Positions 47,086 through 56,162 of a DNA stretch of 64,000 nt are shown piece after piece; positions within the stretch are counted from its first letter, which is position 1; each line of letters begins with the position of its first letter. Source of the stretch: a virus; IMG/VR virus record IMGVR_UViG_3300025853_000048, positions 25,450 through 89,449 of that record; one strand, written 5' to 3'. The notes below the pieces were generated by a model. The model saw only the letters and a list, made by a program, of their open reading frames with translations. It did no database searches and had not been told where the DNA came from. The translations under genes were made by a program, and so were the position numbers.

Positions 47086-47328
47086 TTAGAGTGTTTTTAT
47101 GATGTGGGAAATATGAGCTCGCTTGGCGAGTATCTTCGCCATGATCGGCTTGTCCTGCCGGTCTACAGCGTCAACAAACAGTTCGTGCAGAAAATCATCA
47201 ACTTCCTCCACCAGTGCGCTGATTAGTGACAGGTCGGTGACCATGCGGCTGGTATCTCTGTGCATCGCCTCGAATTTGCTGATTAGTTCCTCTACTTGTT
47301 CTTCTTTTGTTTTGTCGGGTTGACTCAT
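47086..47328 (-). CDS. Hypothetical protein
   Basis: 80-aa ORF. Confidence 0.6.
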   Translation of the reverse strand: MSQPDKTKEEQVEELISKFEAMHRDTSRMVTDLSLISALVEEVDDFLHELFVDAVDRQDKPIMAKILAKRAHISHIIKTL

Positions 47329-47366
47329 CTTTTTTGTTATCTTTCTATTTTTTCTTTTTCTATATA

Positions 47367-48716
47367 CTAAAACGTCTTCTGTTGAAACGCAGTAATATTT
47401 TGTTTAAATACTAATCTTGTCTCTCCTACCCCGCAATTTCGACCCTTCGCAACAATGAAATCCACTTCCTTTGAATCTGGATCATATTCATCATCATCTT
47501 CGTCATCATCTTCGTCATTTTCAACTTTATGTAGGAAAGCAATTACATCTGCATCTTGCTCAATGCTGCCGCTTGACCGCAAATCACTAGGTCTGGGTCT
47601 ACGCTTTTGCGTCTCCGGTCCCCGGTTGAGTTGAGCTAGGCAAATAAGCGGGATGCCATAGCGGGATACTATGTTTTTGAAAAATATTGATTTGAGCGTT
47701 GTTTCGCGAGTTTCGTTCTCGCACGGGAAGTCCGATTCAGCTAACTGCAGGTAGTCAACAAACAAACATTTAATGTCATGCTCCTGCACCCACTGCCGAA
47801 CCTGAACATCAATTTCCGAAAGTTTCAGTCCCGGCATGTCGTTGACCCAGATCGGCCACTCTGCCATTTTCCCTGCTGCTACCATGAATTTGTTAAAACT
47901 GGCCTCACCCCCCGCATTAAACTTGCCATACTCCAATACATCAGCAGGTATCTTTGCTGTATGGCTGATGGCGCGTTGAACCAGTCTTTCAGCCGTCGTT
48001 TCCAGGGATATGATGCCTACCGGGATTTTGTTAGTAGCCAGGTGTTCCGCCCATTGGGCCGCTAAAGACGTTTTGCCGGTCGATGGTCTGGCTGCTAAAA
48101 TGATATACTCGGGCTGCAACCCATTGAGTAGTGAATCAATGTCAGACATCCCGGTTGATAATCCTGGCAATTGTCCACCTGCCTCATGTCGTTTCTCGAT
48201 CGTTTTAACAAGCTCCAGCGTGGCTTCACGCCAACTTTTCGACTGGGATGGTTTACCTACATCGAGAATCTGAGTCAAACTGGTATCTATGCTTTTAGCC
48301 ACTTCGACTGGATCAGACTTTAGTGACTCAGCTTTGGAGCGATTGCATAGATCCCAGATAGACCGGCTTTGCCAGTTCCTGATAACGGTGTCAAGATCTG
48401 TTCGGAACGCCGCTTCCGATGACTTCGGAACTGACAGGATGATTTCAGGAATGCTCTTGTTACCGTTGACCTTTTCATAGTGCCCATCGCTCCGCAAGTG
48501 GGCGGCTAAAACCATCGGGTCAATGTCCGACTCCCCTGCCCTGTCCAACTCCACCAATGTTTGGAAAATCAGCCGGTAAGCAGGACTGTAAAAAGCCTGA
48601 GGTTTTACCTCTGCCGCAGCTACAGGGATCAGGGATGGATCTTTCACCAAACACCCGAGAACCGCTACCTCCGCGTTGACGTTGGAGGGAAGATTTTCTA
48701 ACACATTGTCTCCCAT
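47367..48716 (-). CDS. dnaB: Replicative DNA helicase (DnaB family)
   Basis: AEVAVLG N-domain, AARPSTGKTS, FVDYLQL, LAQLNR, DLRSSGSIEQDAD. Confidence 0.95.
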   Translation of the reverse strand: MGDNVLENLPSNVNAEVAVLGCLVKDPSLIPVAAAEVKPQAFYSPAYRLIFQTLVELDRAGESDIDPMVLAAHLRSDGHYEKVNGNKSIPEIILSVPKSSEAAFRTDLDTVIRNWQSRSIWDLCNRSKAESLKSDPVEVAKSIDTSLTQILDVGKPSQSKSWREATLELVKTIEKRHEAGGQLPGLSTGMSDIDSLLNGLQPEYIILAARPSTGKTSLAAQWAEHLATNKIPVGIISLETTAERLVQRAISHTAKIPADVLEYGKFNAGGEASFNKFMVAAGKMAEWPIWVNDMPGLKLSEIDVQVRQWVQEHDIKCLFVDYLQLAESDFPCENETRETTLKSIFFKNIVSRYGIPLICLAQLNRGPETQKRRPRPSDLRSSGSIEQDADVIAFLHKVENDEDDDEDDDEYDPDSKEVDFIVAKGRNCGVGETRLVFKQNITAFQQKTF

Positions 48717-48719
48717 GAT

Positions 48720-49733
48720 TTATCCTTTGATGATTTCCAGTTTCCACTCCTGGTTCTTGCTTGGTTTCGGCCTGTTGTTTTTTCGTTGCTTGTCGGCCTG
48801 TCTTCGCCATTTCTCTGCCCGGGACCGTTCGCTCTGCCCTCCGGATTCAAAAAAGTTGTATCGCCGATGCGGTGGTTTGTCAGGGTCCGAAGCTAACCAC
48901 TCCCGAACCAACTGCCACGGGTATTCCGCGAACGATTCAATGTTTTGAGCAATTGCCGACATCTCCGCTGCGGTAACTGCAGGCTTCCAGGAACCATCCG
49001 GTTTGAGATTTTGCGTTTGCCTGACCACCTCATCCGCATCAGGGGCCCCTGGAGGTTGGTGATGCTTTTGCCGTTTCTTCTTTTCAGGCGGCTTCTCTTC
49101 ATTTCTGTTCTCGCTGTTCTCGCTGATCGGCGAGTTGATGATCGCGGCTGCTTTTTCGTGGATAGACTTTTTCATCTCCTCAACGCAATCCCCCTGGGGG
49201 GTTTGGGGGGTACTCTTCTTATCTACTCTATTCTTATCTATTCTAGCGTTACTTTCCGTAACGCCCGTTACGTTACTCTGTGACGCTTTCTTTTTCTCCC
49301 TGTACTTCTTCTGTCTTTCGGCATTTGTCATCGCCGGTCCACGCGCCTTTTGAGTCACGTTAAACTCCGTGAAGTTAGGAAACATAAGGGATGAGCCGTC
49401 TAAGCCAACAACCCAGCCAACCTTTTCCATGGCTTTGCCGAGCAATGGCATTTGGGCGATATGATCGATGTAACTGAGGTCCATCAAGTCGGAAACTCCC
49501 TCGTCATCGAGCATCTCGTTGAGGGTTGACCAAACGTCGAGTAACGCACCGCATAACGCTCCTGTTACGCTGTGTAACGACGGCGTAACGGTTTTCGTTA
49601 CGCCGTTACTGGGTGTGTATCCTGCTTGTTCCAGGTTCCAGATTTTGAAATCATCCTGGGAAATCAGGTATTTTGCCATGGCAACAACCTTCGGATCCCT
49701 CCGCAACTGAGCTCGCATTTTAATCCAACTCAT
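48720..49733 (-). CDS. Phage replication initiator protein
   Basis: MSWIKMR..L.RDPKV N-terminus, NAERQKKYRE, TPQTPQG; upstream of dnaB. Confidence 0.8.
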   Translation of the reverse strand: MSWIKMRAQLRRDPKVVAMAKYLISQDDFKIWNLEQAGYTPSNGVTKTVTPSLHSVTGALCGALLDVWSTLNEMLDDEGVSDLMDLSYIDHIAQMPLLGKAMEKVGWVVGLDGSSLMFPNFTEFNVTQKARGPAMTNAERQKKYREKKKASQSNVTGVTESNARIDKNRVDKKSTPQTPQGDCVEEMKKSIHEKAAAIINSPISENSENRNEEKPPEKKKRQKHHQPPGAPDADEVVRQTQNLKPDGSWKPAVTAAEMSAIAQNIESFAEYPWQLVREWLASDPDKPPHRRYNFFESGGQSERSRAEKWRRQADKQRKNNRPKPSKNQEWKLEIIKG

Positions 49734-50056
49734 TACGCTGCCCTCCTTGCCATGCCCTGATGATGATGCTTGATTAAAAACTCCGTCTGCTCATCCGGAT
49801 CAATCAGCATGCCCTGCAGTTCGCCGTTACCGTTGTATTTGCGATCCGGCAAGTTTTCGTCTTTGAATTCCGCGATGCATTCCACGGGGGTTACCCATGT
49901 GTCCCAGGCGGCTTGCAGTTCCCCGTCTACTTCGTGGAGTCCCACCCACGCTCCGGGGTTCTTGTAGATAGCAACTGTGTTTAGTATGCGCGTTGCGCCC
50001 TCGATTTGGTAAAGGAAGTTGTTCTTCAATTCAATCATAATAAGGTCGGTTTGCAC
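49733..50056 (-). CDS. Hypothetical protein
   Basis: TAATG-coupled to the initiator. Confidence 0.6.
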   Translation of the reverse strand: MQTDLIMIELKNNFLYQIEGATRILNTVAIYKNPGAWVGLHEVDGELQAAWDTWVTPVECIAEFKDENLPDRKYNGNGELQGMLIDPDEQTEFLIKHHHQGMARRAA

Positions 50057-50326
50057 CGATGGTGGTGCTGTTAAACTTTGACTTGGATACGATTAGCCCC
50101 GATTCAGCCAGTCTCCTATTTGGAGACGCGGTTTGAACGAGTTTGAGAGCATCCCTGCCCTATTTTTCGCTTGCGTCTTTGAACGATGACGCGTTTATTG
50201 CCCGAAGGAGTTCCTATGTTCATCTGTGGTGGATAGCTGTTGGAATTCTATAAGGGCCGTGGATGAGAGAGGGGATTTCTCTTGTTCGCAGGCCCTTTTT
50301 CTTTTCTATTTTAGTTTGATCAGTAT

Positions 50327-50788
50327 TTAACCGATCTTGATAGTTTTGGGTGCTTGTGTTTTCCCTTTTAACACCCGCCATTGCTCGGCAGGGAGTAACT
50401 CCCGAAAGTGGGAGGATAAAAATGTCATCAACTTCGTCTTGCGCTTGGTGCTCCAACGCGCCTCGCGAATAAAATGACTGGCACACTGCTCGATTGAGTA
50501 ACCCTGGTCAAGAACCAGGGGTTCGGCATCCACGGCAATACGTGAGAGTTTTTGATTCTCAAAAAACCGTTGCAGGTAGAGTTGCAACGCGGCCCGCTTC
50601 GCTTCCGGCCATTTGCCTAAATCAATAAAGAAATCGACGCACGATTTAATCGATCCATAACCCTTCTCGCTGATCAGAAGTTCAGCCGCCTCGCCAAAAC
50701 CAGCGTATTTCTTGTTGCTGGTGCGGCGTTGCTTGCGTGGTGGAGGCGCATCTTGCGCGAGTTTGATCAGTTCATCTGCTTGGCTCAT
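50327..50788 (-). CDS. Hypothetical protein with internal repeat (GYS/G..SC..FFI...W)
   Basis: 153-aa ORF, second gene of the leftward early operon. Confidence 0.7.
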   Translation of the reverse strand: MSQADELIKLAQDAPPPRKQRRTSNKKYAGFGEAAELLISEKGYGSIKSCVDFFIDLGKWPEAKRAALQLYLQRFFENQKLSRIAVDAEPLVLDQGYSIEQCASHFIREARWSTKRKTKLMTFLSSHFRELLPAEQWRVLKGKTQAPKTIKIG

Positions 50789-50823
50789 ACCCTAATGAAG
50801 ATAAGTTGATCCCGCAGGTTGAC

Positions 50824-51021
50824 TTATGCCGTCTTCCTTTTCCGGTTCGGTCCGTATAAATGTATATTCACCTTCCCGGATTGAAATTTTGGTAGACTGA
50901 ACTTAACCGCACGCCGGATGATCTCGGCCTTTGGCATCCCAGTTGCAGTGTGAATCTTTTCAATGAGCTCTGCTTCGGGTTCATCGTAGCGTGTGGGTAT
51001 TGGATTGGTTTTCATTGCCAT
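50824..51021 (-). CDS. Ribbon-helix-helix regulator (Cro-position)
   Basis: NPIPTRYDE...KAEIIRRAVKF. Confidence 0.8.
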   Translation of the reverse strand: MAMKTNPIPTRYDEPEAELIEKIHTATGMPKAEIIRRAVKFSLPKFQSGKVNIHLYGPNRKRKTA

Positions 51022-51145
51022 GAGAATATGTATAATTAATTATCTGTTAGATGCAAATAGAAAAATGACGTTTTTATCTCTCGTATACACAATTCTTTTC
51101 TTTCAGGTTAATTAGAACTGCGTATAATCATCGCACGATGATGAA

Positions 51146-51385
51146 ATGAGTGCTAAAAAAGCCAACCCGATACCCACCCGATACGATGACGAAACCACCG
51201 AGAAGTTGGAGCGGATCAACAAAGCCACGGGGATACCCACGGCTGAAATCATCCGACGTGCGGTTAAGTTCGCCCTGGATAATGCCAGGGATGCCCGCAG
51301 TTTGGAGTTCCTGCTGGGCGACCGGGATATGATCGAAGAAATTTTCGGTCCCCTTGAGGAAGATGGAAAATCGAAGGATGGTTAG
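51146..51385 (+). CDS. Ribbon-helix-helix regulator (CI-position), paralog of 50824-51021
   Basis: NPIPTRYDD...TAEIIRRAVKF. Confidence 0.8.
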   Translation: MSAKKANPIPTRYDDETTEKLERINKATGIPTAEIIRRAVKFALDNARDARSLEFLLGDRDMIEEIFGPLEEDGKSKDG

Positions 51386-51613
51386 TTGTTTCGTGTAGCA
51401 TATATTTTTCTCATTATAAGTTATTCGAGTGGATGGAGCAAATGTGGTTTTGCGAATGGCCGGCACGGCCCGGGTCAACGGCAACATCCTGGAACCTGGT
51501 GGAGCGGCTGTAGTGGAGGGAACTGTTACTATGCAATACTCACCAGCGGAAAAGGAAGCGATGCGTAAAGAGTTGGAGATCATCAACGCTCAACTGGCAA
51601 ATTATTAAAGATA

Positions 51614-51648
51614 CAAAAAAGCCCGACTGACAACGCCAGTCGGGCTTT
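51614..51648. terminator. Bidirectional terminator
   Basis: AAAAAAGCCCGACTG...CAGTCGGGCTTT. Confidence 0.7.
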
Positions 51649-51654
51649 CAATGG

Positions 51655-51939
51655 TCACGCACTCAACCACTCGTAATAGTGCCGATATGGATCGGTGTTT
51701 TCCGAGTGTTTCTCCAAAGTTTCCAGGGACTTTCGAATCACCTCTTTATCCCTGTCATCCAGGTCAAGCGGTGAATCGATCGTCCAATAAAACTCCAGTT
51801 CAGCATGTGCATCGCACACTTCTTGTTGAGCTTTAGGTTTTAGTGTAATCACAACGGATTCCACGAAGCTATTTGCCTGCTCCTCTCGGTCACAGGGCTT
51901 TGCATCAAGTGCCATCACCCAAAAAGCCCCGGCACTCAA
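51655..51939 (-). CDS. Hypothetical protein
   Basis: 94-aa ORF ending at the terminator. Confidence 0.5.
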   Translation of the reverse strand: MSAGAFWVMALDAKPCDREEQANSFVESVVITLKPKAQQEVCDAHAELEFYWTIDSPLDLDDRDKEVIRKSLETLEKHSENTDPYRHYYEWLSA

Positions 51940-51968
51940 AGAGCGCCGGGGCGACGGGAAGGAAGAAG

Positions 51969-52532
51969 CTACATGGCATCTACTTCCTTCTTAGACACGA
52001 AACGGTTACCTTGCGGCAGTCTCGCGTTGTAGCAGTGAGCGAAGGGTTGGATGCGCCCAACCTGAAAAGGTTGACACCCCGTCGCATCAGCAACTTTCAA
52101 GCGCAGGGCCAAACAACGCTGCTGGTAATCCAACAGGGGATTAATAAAAGCGTCCCACCCAATGGTGGGTTCGGGTTGGATATCGACAATGCGAATCGTC
52201 TCCCTGCTTGTGCTCCCGTCACTCAACTGAAATTCGAACACGTCGGTTAACTCCTTGTCGCTTGTGAACGAAAAATCGTCATAAGCGAGCTCATAGGAGT
52301 AATCCCCGTCGTATTGAACTTCCAGATTCCCCCACATGCCTGTCGCTACTGCCGATCCTTCAAAAGGAACCGCAATAGCCGACGAGTCTAGTGAACCCTG
52401 GGCTGATATTACTACTACAGAATCGTTACTGGCCGACTCCTGGCCCTCTCCCTTGACTTCGGTTTGCGTCCGCTCGCCAGCCTGTGCTGTATCTTGATTA
52501 CTCACGATGTAAGTATACTGCTCATTGAGCAT
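51969..52532 (-). CDS. Protein with VCBS-like repeat domain
   Basis: GMWGNLEV..DGDYSYEL...LTDVFEFQLSDG. Confidence 0.55.
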   Translation of the reverse strand: MLNEQYTYIVSNQDTAQAGERTQTEVKGEGQESASNDSVVVISAQGSLDSSAIAVPFEGSAVATGMWGNLEVQYDGDYSYELAYDDFSFTSDKELTDVFEFQLSDGSTSRETIRIVDIQPEPTIGWDAFINPLLDYQQRCLALRLKVADATGCQPFQVGRIQPFAHCYNARLPQGNRFVSKKEVDAM

Positions 52533-52595
52533 TTGTCAATCATTTACTTCACTTTAGGCTTGATTTGTTGCTTTTTTCTGACAGAATTAGCTATT

Positions 52596-53225
52596 ATGGA
52601 TACAAAATGGACTAAATTCATCGCTCAATACTCCTCGAAAGAGGCATTCAACAAGGCAATAGGGATCGATTTTCCTTATCGAACCTGGAAACAGTGGGTC
52701 AACGGGGAGCGTTCACCAGCTCAATATGTGCAGGATCTAATGATGCGGGTCGCCAACCCACCGGAGGATGACGACGTGGAAAAAATAAACCTGAGCGTCG
52801 GTGCCAGGGAAACCCTCAAGCACACAGTCGATCAAAACGACCCGTGGTCGTTGGAGACAGAAATCAGCCGCATCATCGAATCATATGCCAATATCTTCGC
52901 CAACACGCCTGTTCGATTCACCATTGGGGAATGGTCCGCTATTCTGGATGCCAACAATGGAACCCTTATGGATGCACAAACCGCATTTGGCATTGCTGCC
53001 AACGTGTTTGACTCGTCCGACTTTAGCGAAAAATGGGGCGTCAATAATGATGAACTGGGCGCGAAAATGATGAAAATGAGTTACGCAGCTTTATTCAGGG
53101 TTGCTGAGATGGTGCATCGTTATTGGACCTATCCGACCTATCAGGAGAAACAGCCGGAAGAATTTCTGCCTTCCTCCATGGTTTGCCCCGAACCGCTTGC
53201 CGATCCAGAAGCTAAATCAAAGTAA
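52596..53225 (+). CDS. HTH-domain regulator
   Basis: YRTWKQWVNGERSPAQYV HTH motif; start trimmed to ATG 52596. Confidence 0.65.
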   Translation: MDTKWTKFIAQYSSKEAFNKAIGIDFPYRTWKQWVNGERSPAQYVQDLMMRVANPPEDDDVEKINLSVGARETLKHTVDQNDPWSLETEISRIIESYANIFANTPVRFTIGEWSAILDANNGTLMDAQTAFGIAANVFDSSDFSEKWGVNNDELGAKMMKMSYAALFRVAEMVHRYWTYPTYQEKQPEEFLPSSMVCPEPLADPEAKSK

Positions 53226-53378
53226 ACCCTATCTGGTTTACATTGAGATTTATATCCAGTTATACCTGTTTGGGGGTATAACCTTGCGTATCGTCCGCAA
53301 TACACAAACCTCGTAGTGTTGAGCTTCCCCTAAAACGGTGGACAGGCATCGATTAAACATTCTTAATAATCAATAATC

Positions 53379-53711
53379 ATGTCTAAAACAGGAAGAACTT
53401 ACACAGAAGAATTTCGTCGCGATGCGGTCGATCTCTTACTTTCGAGCGGAAAACCCGCAGCACAGGTTGCCCGGGAACTGGATGTAAACGTCAACAGCCT
53501 GCGAACCTGGCGGGACCGGATCCTCAACCAGAGCGGAGGTGGAAGCCGCGACGCCGCAGGCGGAGAGGCTGGAGCCGGAGCGTCGGTTGAGGAGTTAGCC
53601 GACGAAATCAAACGACTCAGAAAAGAAAACGAGTACCTTCGCCGGCAGCGTGAGATCTTAAAAAAGGCAGCCAGCATACTGGGCGAAGACCCGCAGATCG
53701 GTATGCGTTGA
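53379..53711 (+). CDS. IS3 transposase OrfA
   Basis: YTEEFRRDAV HTH, LRKENEYLRRQREILKKAA; A6G slippery site at 53660-53666. Confidence 0.92.
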   Translation: MSKTGRTYTEEFRRDAVDLLLSSGKPAAQVARELDVNVNSLRTWRDRILNQSGGGSRDAAGGEAGAGASVEELADEIKRLRKENEYLRRQREILKKAASILGEDPQIGMR

Positions 53712-54592
53712 TCGAGTCGTTGCGGGAGGATTTTGCGATTACCGAACTGTGCGAGATTTTCGAAGTATCCAAAAGCGGCTACTACAAGCATTTTTCGAGG
53801 CAACCTTCGCAAAGAGAAAAGGAAAACGAAGCCATTCTGGAAAAGATTCAAATGATCAGAGCCGAACCGTTTAAAAACAACTACGGCAGTCCCCGAATGA
53901 CCGAAGAGTTGCGTAAGCATGGATTTGATTGTTCAGAAAATCGAGTCGCCAGGATCATGGCGGAAGCCGGTATAGATGCTTCAGCAAAGGCGGCCTTTCG
54001 TCCCAAAACAACGATTCCTGATTCCAACGCCTCACCGTCCCCCAATCTCATCAAAGACCTGGTCCCGCGCGGTCCCGGTGAAATCGTGGTCAGCGATATT
54101 ACCTATATTGCCACCAAAGAAGGCTGGCTATATCTGGCTGTTATCATCGATTTATTCACCCGGGAAGTAACCGGCTGGAGCCTCGCAGATCACATGAAAA
54201 CCGAGCTGCTGATTGACGCTGCGGAAAAGGCAGCAACGCAAACTCCAATCACCCGGCAGACTGTTTTTCACAGCGACAGAGGATCTCAATACAGCAGCAA
54301 CAAAATGCGCAAATGGTTAAATGCCCGCAATGCCAGGCAGAGCATGAGTGCTTCGGGATATTGTTATGACAATGCTGCCTGCGAATCATTTTTCTCGATA
54401 CTGAAACGCGAATCATTCCCGGATGGTTGTGTATTCGAAACCAAAACCGATGCAAGACGACAGGTTTTCAAGTATATAGAAACCTTTTACAACAAAGAAC
54501 GAATCCACACTGCTTTGGGGAATATTTCCCCAATCCAATTTGCTCAAAAACACTTGAACAAGCGAAATGCCGACCTAAAATCGGCAGCATAG
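53708..54592 (+). CDS. IS3 transposase OrfB (DDE/rve)
   Basis: SDITY, HSDRGSQY, ACESFF; -1 frame relative to OrfA. Confidence 0.93.
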   Translation: MIESLREDFAITELCEIFEVSKSGYYKHFSRQPSQREKENEAILEKIQMIRAEPFKNNYGSPRMTEELRKHGFDCSENRVARIMAEAGIDASAKAAFRPKTTIPDSNASPSPNLIKDLVPRGPGEIVVSDITYIATKEGWLYLAVIIDLFTREVTGWSLADHMKTELLIDAAEKAATQTPITRQTVFHSDRGSQYSSNKMRKWLNARNARQSMSASGYCYDNAACESFFSILKRESFPDGCVFETKTDARRQVFKYIETFYNKERIHTALGNISPIQFAQKHLNKRNADLKSAA

Positions 54593-54647
54593 TCTGTCCA
54601 CTATTTCAGGGGAGGGCCATGTATCAGATTGCGCGGTGAGCGAGACA

Positions 54648-54680
54648 CAAAAACCGGCCCGATCATTCGGGCCGGTCTTG
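54648..54680 (-). terminator. Rho-independent terminator
   Basis: AAAAACCGGCCCGA-TCAT-TCGGGCCGGT. Confidence 0.65.
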
Positions 54681-54710
54681 GATATCCGCGGATTTGCTTT
54701 GTTTACCTCA

Positions 54711-55421
54711 CTAACTGGCCAACGCCAACTTATCCCCCAGCCCGAGTTCCTTCCAATACCGGTCAACCGTGCGCCGATCGACTCCCAGCAGGGTCGCTAA
54801 CGCGGATTTATCCTGCACCCCTTCGTGAAGCACCGTCTCGCGCATCAGATTGAGTTTCTCGGACTTTGTCATCCTCCGGTTGCGCTCGATGCGCTTAGCT
54901 TGCTGCAACGCCTCACGCTCCCGCTTACGCGCATCCTGGTAATCCCGGATACCGATCACGTTGACCAATACGCTCTCGCATATTTTCGATATCATCTCCG
55001 TGTTCACGGCTACCAGGATCGGCGGCAACGTCCAGACCATGAGGGGCACCACCCAAGCCGGAATCTTCGCCAGTGTCGGCGCGAGTTCGCTGGAGTGCAT
55101 AGCATTGAAGAAAACCGTGAGCAGGCCAAAGCCCAGCACCAAGCAGAGTGCTTGCTTTTTAAACGGCTCATCAAAGATCTTGCCGAGAAAAAACGCGATC
55201 GAAAACACAACCAGCGATCCGTCCACCAGCCCGGGCCAGATCCAGGCCAGATTTTCGCGGATGCCTGCCTTGATCGCCAAATCCAGTAACGCGTCATAAC
55301 TCAGCCGGAACGCCCCTATCAGGACCGCTCCCACAAGCGTAACGCTCGCGATAACCAGTGAGTACTTGAGATTCCGCGCAAACCTTTCGCTTGCGCCCAA
55401 CTTGTTTTGGTTTACTCTCAT
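54711..55421 (-). CDS. DUF2637-like membrane protein with C-terminal HTH
   Basis: AFRLSYDALLDLA...AWIWPGLVDG, four TMs, LATLLGVDRRTVDRY. Confidence 0.75.
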   Translation of the reverse strand: MRVNQNKLGASERFARNLKYSLVIASVTLVGAVLIGAFRLSYDALLDLAIKAGIRENLAWIWPGLVDGSLVVFSIAFFLGKIFDEPFKKQALCLVLGFGLLTVFFNAMHSSELAPTLAKIPAWVVPLMVWTLPPILVAVNTEMISKICESVLVNVIGIRDYQDARKREREALQQAKRIERNRRMTKSEKLNLMRETVLHEGVQDKSALATLLGVDRRTVDRYWKELGLGDKLALAS

Positions 55422-55565
55422 TGAGACTTAATCTTTCTATTTTTAAGTTTGAGAACGCGACTTACAGGACTCCATCCAAAGTCGCGTTTTCTTTTGTTTA
55501 GGGAACTCGGTTGAATTTCCATAATGATAATAATATTCATCCCTTAACAATCAAGCATTATTTTA

Positions 55566-55598
55566 CACATTGTAGAGTTTTTTCTTGCACATTGTAGA
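55566..55598. promoter_or_regulatory. Candidate operator: CACATTGTAGA direct repeat x2
   Basis: Copies at 55566-55576 and 55588-55598, just upstream of HTH gene 55619. Confidence 0.5.
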
Positions 55599-55618
55599 AG
55601 GAGCTTTATCAGTTCTAC

Positions 55619-55837
55619 ATGAACGTGGAAATGACCTGGAAGAAGTACACGGCCCAATGGGATGCGAAAGATTTGGTAGCGATGTTGCCGGGAGTGAGTC
55701 AGAGCATTGTCTACGCATGGCAGTCGGGTGACAGAGAGCCGCCCGTTTATGTGAAGAACCTAATTAAATTCTGGATTTCTCAAAAGTGGGCGAAGAAACC
55801 ACAGGATGAGGAATATACCCGGATCGAAATCGAATAA
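55619..55837 (+). CDS. Small XRE-like HTH protein
   Basis: GVSQSIVYAWQSGDREPPVYV. Confidence 0.7.
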   Translation: MNVEMTWKKYTAQWDAKDLVAMLPGVSQSIVYAWQSGDREPPVYVKNLIKFWISQKWAKKPQDEEYTRIEIE

Positions 55838-55840
55838 ATT

Positions 55841-56158
55841 ATGAGAAAAAATACTGAACCTATGCACGCCCCGCTACCAAGCAAAGTTGAAGCAGTCCAG
55901 GCAATTGACGATATCGTCGGGGATCGCATCAAGCAAAAACGGATACTGGTGGACGGGTATCTCACCAATCTCAAAACAGTGGATGCTCAATTCATATCCA
56001 ACCTGGTAAACGGCTACCGCCTCAGCCTAGTTAAATGGGAAGATGAGTTCGAGTGTTCCATCTGCGAAGGGCTCCATGAAATCAAAAACCTATCCCAACA
56101 GGATCTAATCTATGAAGGTCCTCCCGTCTGCCGGTTCTGCGCTGAAGATCACAACTAA
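55841..56158 (+). CDS. Hypothetical Zn-finger protein
   Basis: CSIC...CRFC. Confidence 0.6.
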   Translation: MRKNTEPMHAPLPSKVEAVQAIDDIVGDRIKQKRILVDGYLTNLKTVDAQFISNLVNGYRLSLVKWEDEFECSICEGLHEIKNLSQQDLIYEGPPVCRFCAEDHN

Positions 56159-56162
56159 CTGT

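Larger units (their letters stand above)
53320..54619 (+). mobile_element. IS3-family insertion sequence (1,300 bp), 3-bp TGT target duplication
   Basis: IRL TGAGCTTCCCCTAAAACGGTGGACAG; IRR (rc) TGGCCCTCCCCTGAAATAGTGGACAG; TG...CA ends; TGT on both flanks. Confidence 0.95.

Noticed and set aside
50060-50320. Possible structured ncRNA in intergenic gap
   Set aside because: Only short hairpins are visible and no family is recognisable without a covariance search.
51111-51118. ATTAGAAC, complement of attC3 R' octamer GTTCTAAT
   Set aside because: 26 kb away with no attC stem following; a chance match is plausible.
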